Below, piece by piece: positions 12,696-22,627 of a DNA stretch of 38,435 nt. The stretch spans positions 1,178,001-1,216,435 of the forward strand of contig RSEE01000006.1 of the NCBI GenBank assembly GCA_003971905.1, given 5' to 3'. The notes under the pieces were generated by a model. That model made no database searches. It worked only from the letters and a program-made list of their open reading frames with translations, and was not told the origin of the DNA. The translations under genes and the position numbers were made by a program. Source of the DNA: Moniliella sp. 'wahieum' (Eukaryota). Position 1 is the first letter of the stretch. Every line of letters starts with the position of its first letter.

Positions 12696-12778
12696 GCCTC
12701 GCTATTTCAATCGGTAGAATTTGAGACTCTTACTGCAGGATCCATCTCACGGTGTGGGTTCGAGTCCCACGTGGGGCG
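12696..12778 (+). tRNA. tRNA-Lys(CTT) with ~11-nt intron (12733-12743) and atypical D arm
   Basis: Acceptor GCCTCGC/GTGGGGC; anticodon stem TGAGA/TCTCA around CT-CTT-A; T arm GTGGG-TTCGAGT-CCCAC; D stem TTTC/GAAT. Confidence 0.8.
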
Positions 12779-13533
12779 TTTCTTCTTGCTGGTGTCAGTT
12801 TGGCCCGCCGCTGAGTTTTTGAAGGACACTTCAATTTGCCGTTTAGGACTGGGACAAGAAGTACGTGTTGTTCGTGCGGTGGGCACCGCGCCCCAGCTGC
12901 TTGCGCCTTGAAGCTTGAGCTTGCGAGCCTGAGCCTCTGTCTGTCTGGGCTGCTCAGTACACTCAGTACTCACTGAACGTTGAGTTGCTGAACGTGCTCC
13001 GACTGCGCATCCATTTGTCCAGTACGCTGATACTGGCGGAGGGCGCCACAAGGCGTCTTAGGCTGCCGCCGTGCCAGGATCAACAGCGGGGCACACTGTG
13101 GCCCCGTGCCTGCGCCCTCGGCGCACCACGCCACCAGTCGCTCTGGGCGGCGGCCTGGGCGCTGCTGCCTGGGGGGCTCAGCCGGCGCCGGTTGCCTGGC
13201 GTCTGGGTGTGTTCTTGGCTGCCTCCTCGCCTTGCCTCTGCGCCGATCGATCATCCATCAGCGACATGTCGCTCGTCGACGTCGTTGCGAGACTCGCCGG
13301 GCGATGCGCTCCTTCGCATCTCCTCCCTGCCGCCTTTCCCTCTCTCTTCCGTCCCATCTCTTCCTCGCACCTCCCTTCGTTTAGCCCATCAACAATCTCC
13401 ACGTCCTGAGGAGTATATTCTTTTGTGACGCACGCCCATCCACACGCTCTTTCCGACCATCTCCTCCCTCTCCCGATCCCCCCCACACCTCACCACAGCA
13501 GCTCCTACTTGCCCTCTGCCCTCCAACAGTAGC

Positions 13534-15193
13534 ATGCGACTCGGTCCCAGCTGCCAACAACCGCGGGCTACGCCGCTCCTTGCCCTGGCCCTCTTGGCCT
13601 TATCCGCCACCAGCGTCGCCCACGGTGCAGCGGTCTGGCCGGCGGACACCAGCCGACGACCAGATACTGCGCTTGCGCCACCACCCCAACCCTGTCAACC
13701 TAGCGCATGAGGCCCGCCTCCGCGACCCGCCGACGCGGTCCCTGCCGGCGCAGCGGATGCCGACCTGAGCAAACGTGATGCCTCGACGGTCATGTCCGGT
13801 GGCACCAACAGCGAAGGGGGGCGCACGGCGCCTTGTCGGTGCCCCTGCGGGAGCGTCGCTGAAAAGCCTTGGGGTTGGGCCGAACAAGGAGGAAATCCCA
13901 GTCTACTGGTCCCAGCGCTCGAGCAACAAGCGTGCCGAGCAGGCCTTGTCATGATCCATGGCCGTCTGCGCAATGGCAACACGTACTGGCAGACCATGGA
14001 AGATGCGTTGGTTAATGCCGTCAAGGACAACTACCCCGGGGCGAGCAACGATTCGATCGTCACCTCCCCGCAGTTCTTCTCGACCAAGTTCAACTCGGGC
14101 CAGTTACAACGACCCAGTTGGCATGGGGCGACGTGAACGCGTGCAAGCTGGCGAGGTGGCGACCCATCCGGACGGCACTAAATCCTCTGGGTTTGATGTG
14201 TTGGATGCGTTTGTCAAAGAGTTAGCGACCAGGACAAGTACCCCAACTTGAAAAACATCACTCTCGTCGGCCACGGTGGCGGTGGACAGCTAATGCAGCG
14301 GTACGCCGTGGTGGGAAAGACGGCGCCGTCGCATGTGCATGTGCGCTACATTTCGGTGATCCTTCCAGCTCTCTGTACTTTACCCAGGACCGGCCCAAGG
14401 TGGACAAGTCAATCGCGTCCAAAAAGTCATGCCCCTGGTACGACTTTTGGCGGTATGGGTTTAGCAACTTTACCGACGCTGTTCCGTCGGGTGGATTGAC
14501 GCCCATCCAGTACTTTGCCCAGTACTGCAGCGTGACGTGGTGTCCATGGTGGGGTACCAGGACACTGCCAGCTCGGGTGACCAGTACTGCATCGCAGTTG
14601 CAAGGCGGGAACAACGGCGGGACCGCAACTTGGCTTACTGGAAGTACATCAACACCTTGGCCCGCACCAACTTTGATTTGACCGGATTTGACGCCGATTA
14701 TGGCGACCTGCCCGACTGGAGCAACGTTACCCCGGCCACTCGATCGCACACCGACTCATTGTGATCGAACAAGAGACCATGATGCCAACCTGGTATTCGG
14801 CTCGGACGAGGGCCGCGCCGCGCTGTTTTCCTCTGGCGACCTGCCCACGGGATGGCGGCCTAAAGGCTGAAACGCCAAGGCACCAACAAGTATCATGTCA
14901 CCTCGACCCCTGCCGGCGATTCCTCCTCCTCCTCCTCCGACTCCTCCTCCGACTCCTCCTCCGACTCCTCCGACTCCTCCTCTCTGCGCGACTAGCTCCT
15001 CTTCTACATCAAACACAGCCCGCGTGCGACTGCCTCCTCCTCGTCTGACGGCGCACGCAATGTAGGTAGCCGTGGAGAAGTAGGTGACGACGGAGCAGAC
15101 GGGCCCGGGACGAATACAACCTCTGGATCGGCGGGACTCAAGATCCCCACGCCCTTTTTGGCTTTGGTTCTTCTGGGTGCAGCCCTGCTGTAA
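13534..15193 (+). CDS. Secreted, probably GPI-anchored alpha/beta-hydrolase-fold protein with Ser-rich stalk
   Basis: Signal-like LLALALLALSATSVAHG; MIHGRLRN, SPQFFS, SGFDVLDAFV, ITLVGHGGGGQLMQRYA, HDANLVFGSDEGRAALF; (SSSD)n stalk; hydrophobic C-terminus SAGLKIPTPFLALVLLGAALL ending at TAA 15191-15193. Several indels. Confidence 0.75.
14918..14982 (+). repeat. Coding (TCC)n-GAC tandem repeat (Ser/Asp stalk)
   Basis: gattcctcctcctcctcctccgactcctcctccgactcctcctccgactcctccgactcctcctct read directly. Confidence 0.85.
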
Positions 15194-15351
15194 CACACGC
15201 ATACGCCCCGTCGTCTTTGCCTCTGTCGTGACCGAGGACAATCGTTTGCTTTGCTTGCCTCCGCTGTGTTTGCTGTCCTTCTTCTGGCCCCGTCCTTTTG
15301 TGGCAGATTTTTCATTCCCATCGTTCCCTTCTGCACCCCCTCACCGTTTTT

Positions 15352-17679
15352 CTACATTTGTGTGCCACTTTGATGCGTGCAAACCATAATATTCTGGAAT
15401 AGTCTCATCGACGCGGGTGAGGGGTGCGAGTAAACCTGAGGGTATGTGCGAGGGAGCAAAACAGAAGGAAGTACTAGAGGGGATGTATCGGGCACTAGAA
15501 TGGGATGGGCCATGGGATGGGAAGAACCTTGAAGCTTAAGGCAAGGGATGATGTCGCAGACCGGCGTCTCGTATGAGCAACGGGTGTGTGCCCCTGGGGA
15601 TCGATGCACGGGCCCACAGGTTTCAATGTGGATGCATCGACAATCGGGTTTTAGCCATTGGAACTGCTTCCCGTAGTCGAGGAAACTTAAAGAGGTGGTG
15701 ACTCAACTGGTTGGGATTGTAGGATGGCGAATCTCTTCCATCCACCTGATGGCACGCAGCGCCTGGACCAGAAGCAGCACGAACGAATTGGTCCACTTGC
15801 GACGCAAAATACCCTCTCCAAGCCCCTTTTTCGTCACATGGTACGCTCCCCGGTCCGTCAAACACGTCTGACCACGACGAGGGGTGCTAGGGTACACTTC
15901 TCGCCCCCCCCTACCCCTTGTCCCATTTCGTTTTCATCCTCCTCACACAGTCAAGGGGGGGCAAGACACGCACACTGAGCGTTTTGAGACACAGCATCAT
16001 CGGTCGCTTCCCTCCCCAGAGCAAACGCCCCTCCACAAACATCCAGCCCAGTCCGACACCACTCCGTTGTCCACTCCCGCATCGTGTCCTCGTACGGAGA
16101 ATTACCCCAGATCGAGTACGGCTCCAAATCCGGCTCGGGAAGTTCCAGCAGGAGCAGCGTCTTTGGCACTGGGCGTGAGAGAGTGTCGGCCTCGGTGGAG
16201 GAAGCAACGGAATTCATCATCTTCTCCATCTTCCCCTCTTTTCCATGGAGGGAAGAAGGAAGCGGATGAGCGCCAAGTGCCGCCAAGCGCGTCCAGTATG
16301 CCCGGTAGTCCCGCATGACATGCAGCGTTGTTCCGCTCGAGGCAAGCATCGTTCCACTCGCTCCTCCAGCTCGACCATGTTCCATCCACACGGTACCGAT
16401 AACGTCGAAGCACGTCCCAATGCATCTGCTTCCATGGTTAGTACCGAACGAAGGAGGATGCTGAAAGGATTGGAAACGTACACTGGGTGGGCGGGATCCT
16501 TGTGCGCCCTGCATCGGTGTCTGTTTCCCATCGTAGCACAGCTTCACCCACGGATTCCCCTCCGCATAGCGCGGGCAATGCGGGTCGGATGGTTTGTACC
16601 CCAGCGCGCACGCTGGACCGGATCAAAGGGGAAGGGACCTTGCTCCAACGACCAGATCACTTCCCCCGTTTGCACCGTGAGCGCCAGAACGTCGGCACCA
16701 TCTTGCTTCGGAATTCCGATCGTCCCCGGGTAGCCGTGGGGCAGGTTGCAGGCCACGACCAACATGCCACATAATGGGTCGACGGAAAAAGCCTTGACGC
16801 TCCTCAGGCCAAGATGGTCCAAAGCCAGGGTGCGGTGGTTGGTAGGAGTGTAATGGTGCAAGGCCAGGGACTGAGCAGGTACAAGTCTGGACCTACTTGC
16901 CGCACATGCGTCGGGTCTGAAGGGAAGGAATGGACATGCCGGGTGAACAGTAGCCCAAAGCCTTCGCCTCTCCTTTGGTACGTATCGATCTGGACGGATT
17001 CGTCCTGGTCTGTGGGCATCATCAGATCTCGGGTTAGCCGTCACATATTTCTTCGATGGACCTCAGGGATTCGTCAGAGAAAAAAGACTCTGGGGAGAAG
17101 ACCTACCATCCTCTTGGTCTGCGGGAACTCGAGGCGGATGGATGACAGCCAGCCATCCGTGACCATACTCCAGTTGGCAATGGGGGGGGACGAGGTGGGG
17201 AGGAGTAGCCCAGACGGTGCGGCCGGTATGGGTTTGGAGCTCCATTCCGCCCTCCTCAAAGCTCAGGAGTAGGAGACCATCGCGTTTCGTACGCAGCAGG
17301 GGGTGCGGGGAAACGGGAGGTGTCGGATGGAGGGACTGAGGGGCAAGCAGGGCGTGTCGACGAGCTGCTGGTCAATGAGGGCGTGGAGCTGGACAAAGCG
17401 GCGCCAACTGCTGTGGGCAAGCTGGTGCATCGCCGGGTCGCTCTTGCATCCGCGGGGCGGGCGCAGACGCATGGCCTCCGTCACGGACACGGCGGGTGTG
17501 GAGAGGTAGCGGCGGGCGAGGCGGCGCCAGAGGTACTCTTGCTGTGCGTATGCGCGCCAGAGCACGCTGACTTGGGCGACGGCCATCAGGTCGTGCATGC
17601 CAAGCGAGGCGAGCATGTCCAGGGCCACTTCGCATGGGACCGCAGCGCGGGTCGCGGGGGTGGGGGCGGGGGTGGCCAT
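15352..17679 (-). CDS. F-box domain protein (frameshifted; C-terminal limit uncertain)
   Basis: N-terminal VPCEVALDMLASLGMHDLMAVAQVSVLWR..QQEYLWRRL fits the F-box pattern. It is followed by tiled minus-strand ORFs (17063-17245, 16544-17044, 15951-16547, 15623-15865, 15352-15609) with no recognised domain. Confidence 0.6.
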
Positions 17680-18545
17680 TGCTGTCGATGCCGGCGGGGT
17701 GGGGGTGGGGGTGGGGGGGACGTGCGCCGAGGCGGGGGGCTGGGGCTCTTAAAGCACCTGCCGTCACGCGTCATGCATATGAGGCGTGCGGATGCTTAAC
17801 GACGCACGCTACTCTAGCCCGCCCCCGCGGCTGGAGACGCGACGAGGGGGGGCACTGCGCCGCTGTCTCTCGGCGTCCGCCACCGGCCGGCAGCTGCTGC
17901 GGTCTGGGGTTCAGCTGATCGATGATCACGCATCGCACCTCACCGGCGTCGATGCTCGATTGAATATTGGCATGGACACGCATCCTCGTCCGGAGCGCTC
18001 AGCCGAGCCTCACGCGTCAGCGCGTCAGCAGGCGGCCGCGTGGGGCGTCTGGCGCTGTCGAGTCATCGATGCCATCGTCTGTCGCATCCGCAGCACTCCA
18101 GCACGGCGGCCGTCTGCCTGCGCCGCGAACATATGTGCGTTTCTGTGCCTACATAGCTAACACCACTTGGCTTATAACAGCGCCAGGTCCAGCTGCCCCC
18201 AAACCCAACGCTTCCGCCGCCCACCGGATCAGCTGAGCAGCCTAACCCTTCCCTGCCTGCGGGGTACTTGCACCGATCTCCCCTTAAGCGCTCCCGCCCT
18301 CTACTCAGCACTGCGCAGTACAGCGTAGCCCACTTTTGTTCGATGCCCACTGGGCACACACATTCGGCGGCTCAGAGCCAAATCAGCGCTCCCACAGGCG
18401 TTGCCGCGCTACCCCCGTCCTTATCCCCCTCAGTAGCCGACCTCAGGCCTCACATGTCACAACTCGCCTCCCGATCCACAGCAGACTCGCTTGCTGTTGG
18501 GGCTGGGCGCTGGCTGAGATCTCAGGCTGAGATGCTTGATTCATG

Positions 18546-18593
18546 ATTTGCATGAATCCTCTGCGTATTTGCATGAATCCTCTGCGTATATAA
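18546..18593 (+). repeat. Perfect 2x21-bp tandem repeat abutting a TATA-like box
   Basis: ATTTGCATGAATCCTCTGCGT at 18546-18566 and 18567-18587, then TATATAA at 18587-18593. Confidence 0.85.
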
Positions 18594-20750
18594 GCAGCGC
18601 TTCCTTCAGCTCACTTCTCCACAGTCACCAAAACCGGCAGCCACATATAATCTCTCTCACCCTACCCCCATCTCCTTCGCCCAGTGTGCACCCACTCTCT
18701 CACTCTCATAACTCACAGAGGTATTCTACCCCAGAACCTGACTCATCCACATCCATCCTGATGTCACCCCACCGCCCACTCCTCCCAGAGTGCACAGACC
18801 ACGAAGAACACAGCATTAAACGAGACTACTGGGGGGGACAACGCTCAGCTTAGTATAGTAGAAGGGTGTTTAACCACCTCGAGGACAAAATCTGTTGACA
18901 GCTCACATGCAAGCAAGCCTAAAACCCACATGTGTTTAACGGCATCTTTTGTTCCCGTGACATGTTGCAGCCTTCCTATACTCACTTTCTCCGTCTACTG
19001 TAGTAACTAGACGAGACCGCACTGCGCGTGTTCCTCTCTCCGCTCTATATCCACAGTGTCATGGAGAACCTTATATAGCGCAGAGAATATAACCCACCTA
19101 TACTGCCGCCATTTTCTCTCGTCTCTGAAGTTCCACCGAAATCCGTCCGGAAGCGAACCCCGGGGTCAAAGGAAACACATCATGTCACCGTCGGCGCACA
19201 ACTTGGCGTGTCCCCGTGTATAACCCAAATGAAGAGTGCGGCAGCTTGAGAGCCCATTCTAAAACCAATTTCAAGCTGCCGCGCTCCATTGGTAGGAAGC
19301 AGGAACACATGCTTTTAATGGGACGGGATTGTGTCGAAGTGGAGGGAGCGATCTAACGGAAAATGTTTGTAAGCGTACAGACCACAGTTGAGTATATGTT
19401 GGGAAAGGTACTGACAGTAGATGGACATGAAAGGATGGACATGGATCCCGTTTTGAGGAGCTACGGGCAAATGAGAGGACTGTCATGCATTCAGAAAGGT
19501 GTAGCATGCCTTATTGGGGAAGTCGAGTTTCCGGAACAGTGAGGGAAGGTGTTGTTACGACTCCGCCTTTTGCGCAGTGGAATGGGAGAAGAGTGGGAAG
19601 TAAAATAAGCGTGGCACATCCAAGATCCGCCTTTCGGCCTCTCTGTGACAATGACGGTGGGCGGATACAATGCCACATCAAACCCGCGAAAACTATGGAG
19701 ATGAAAAGAGAGGCTGGAAACGGCCACATCACAAAACACAAGTCATCTATACCATACGTTCTTTCCTATACATTTGCGCTACATCCAATTTGGTTGTGAC
19801 CCTCAGTAGCGGGCCGTTCTCACCTTCTGTAATAGATGCCATTGACCTCCCAATTGAATGGGCACGAACTGCAGTAAATAACGCCTTTTGTGGGCCAATT
19901 CACCTAACATTTGTCCCCCTCTTCCATGCAATGAGTTGGGTTAGTACGTTTTTGGACATGAACTGTGCGGGCCATTTCAGGGTAGAGACTAACTTAGGAT
20001 GGCTAATGGAGTTTCCGGCAATCTTTCACAAAGGGAAACATGGTTACCACACGGATTGTGTACACTTACAATATAAGTACCCCCTTCTCCAAAATCTACA
20101 TGTGTTTTCCGTGAACAAGAGAATAGTGGCTGTACACAACACACAGTTTCCTGCATTACAGTAGCCAGCTCTTTCTTCTGTTGTCCCAACCTGAAGCTAG
20201 GGATGAAAATGTAATCGGCATCAGTGCATCCCCCTCGCGGTGCCTATGGTATACGCGCATTCTGCCAACCGCGGTATATAGATCCAGAACAACCTCGAGA
20301 ACCCCGGAGAGCTTTTATAGGTTGTTTCCCTCAATTTTTTTTGTTTGAGAGAACGCGCATGCCAGAAGTGGACGTATCCCCTGGGGAATGCTGCTGAGTG
20401 CTGCGCACCTTGGGCGGAGCTCACCACAGCTTTCAACACGACAGATTCCTGACCGCTATGGACCATCAGTGTCATAGCATCAGGCATGCATCGTGGGGAT
20501 CGCGAGTATACGGGCTTTCTGCCCTTGCCATCTGCATGATGGCTATCTGCCCTCTCTACCTTGCTTTAGTCCGCATTGCTTTGAACATTTGGGTGTCAGG
20601 AATTTCTTCGAGCGGAATGAAAGAAGGGGCACAGGGGCAGTGCGCGCCCAAGTTGAAATGTTGCGGGCTATCATCAGGGCTGCGACTGACTCGAACGTTC
20701 TTGTCCGCTGCCCCTCCCCGCGGCCTCACCACCACCACATCACTGCTAGC

Positions 20751-22356
20751 ATGAGCACGCCCGCTGCGCCCGCACCTGAACGGTGCTCTCTGGCTGGACA
20801 AGCAGGGATCCATCCCTGACTCACGCACGCTCCCTGGCCCCCCGGCCGAGGACAAGACGGCCAATGGTCCGAGGAGGCCTTCCGTGCCAATGCGGCTTGG
20901 CAGCTCGGCCTGCAGAGTGTCCTGAACAGCCTCGGCAGCCGTGATATGATCGTGTACACTGTCAAGGACGAACTCCGCTATGCTCTTACTCCAGAAAGCG
21001 CCGCCATTGTTCAGAACGGTTCCCTGAGGCCCGGGTATGGGAGGCGTTGCCTGCTGATGGCTCGGGAAAGGCGTTGGACGCACTGCGCCAAGTCTTGCCC
21101 GCCGACACGCTCAAGATTGGCCAGGGTCAGGGGTTCCGCAAAAAGTGGATCAAGAAGTTGCCTGACGGCATGTTTGCCCGGGCGGTGGATGCGGTGCAGG
21201 ACACCTCCCGCACCGAGTTGGCGGAGATTGCTCGGACGGGTCGTGCGCCTGGCGGGGACGAGAAGATAGCCGACCTGCGGAAGCGTAAGCTGCTGGATGT
21301 GCGCAAGCTTGTTTACTTCTCGATCCAGAAAGGGCCCGAGTTTGCGCTCACCATCGAGCAGCTCGAGACTGAGATCACGACTGAGATGCTTCAGAGCGGC
21401 GCATGGAAGACGGCCAAGTTCAAGGCATACAACTTCGAGGCCGAGGGCACGGTACCCCGCCGCGGGTGCCTTCCACCCGCTGCTCAAGGTCCGCGAGGAG
21501 TTCCGCAAGATCTTCTTTGAGATGGGCTTCACAGAGATGCCGACGAACCGGTTCGTCGAGTCTTCTTTCTGGTGCTTCGACTCGCTCTTCGTTGCTCAAC
21601 AACACCCTGCTCGCGACGTGCAGGACACCTTCTTTGTCAAAGGTGCGTATTCCCGACCATATTTTTCTGTGTGAGACTACACCGGGAGGAAACTGACCAA
21701 GGTCCAGACCCGCCCCAATCGACCCACATCCCCGAGGCGTACCTCCAGCGGGTGAAGGATGTACACGAGGAGGGAGGCTACGGCTCGATCGGATACCGCT
21801 ACCCTTTCAGCGAGTCTGTGACGCGGAAGAATGTGCTGCGGACCCACACCACCGCCATCTCCTCGGGCATGCTGTACCGGCTGGCCAACCAAGAGGGGGG
21901 CTTTAAGCCGGCGAAGATGTTCTCGATTGACCGCGTGTTCCGCAACGAGGCACTGGATGCCACCCACCTTGCCGAATTCCACCAGGTGGAAGGTGTGGTG
22001 GCCGACTATGGCATCACGCTCGGCGACCTGATTGGCTTTATGCAGATCTTCTTTGCCAAGATGGGCGTGACGGACCTGCGCTTCAAGCCGGCCTACAACC
22101 CCTACACCGAGCCGTCGCTTGAGATCTTCTCTTACCACAAGGGGCTCAAGAAATGGGTCGAGATTGGCAACTCGGGCATGTTCCGGCCAGAGATGCTGGG
22201 GCCGATGGGCCTGCCCGAGGGGGTCAATGTGCTCGGCTGGGGGCTGTCGTTGAGCGCCCCGACCATGATCCGGTACGGCCTCACAACATCCGGGACTTGG
22301 TCGGACACAAGATCTCGATCGAAGGCGTGGAGAAGGCGTCGGCGGTGCGTTTCTAG
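20751..22356 (+). CDS. FRS2: Cytoplasmic phenylalanyl-tRNA synthetase alpha subunit
   Basis: [91 protein letters not shown]. Intron 21643-21707 (GTGCGT..ACTGAC..CAG). Stop TAG at 22354-22356. Confidence 0.96.
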
Positions 22357-22627
22357 CTGTTCCGGGGGCGAGGGTGTGGCTGCTGCTGGAGCTGCCCCCA
22401 TCCAATTGATCGATGATTTAGCCATGACGACGCCAGCGGAACAGACTGGAACGCAATGCAATCAATGCAATAGCAGAGCGGGCGTGCGCAGGCGTGCTCA
22501 GATCCGTAGCCACACGCAGGCGGAAGTGCTGACGTGGAATTCCGCCCCGCCTCGCGGCCCGCTGGCTGTCTCCCCGCCTGCTCCACCTTGGCCGCCGACG
22601 ACAACGACGACGGGGCCGGCCTTCCCG

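Noticed and set aside
18241..18250. CTAACCCT telomere-like 8-mer (also near 25503)
   Set aside because: Too short, isolated and expected by chance.
19491..19741. Hydrophobic minus-strand ORFs faintly resembling a Ste3 pheromone receptor (FCDVAV, FPASLFI)
   Set aside because: Motif spacing is wrong, no downstream Ste3 motifs appear in any frame, and I saw no CAAX pheromone ORF nearby.
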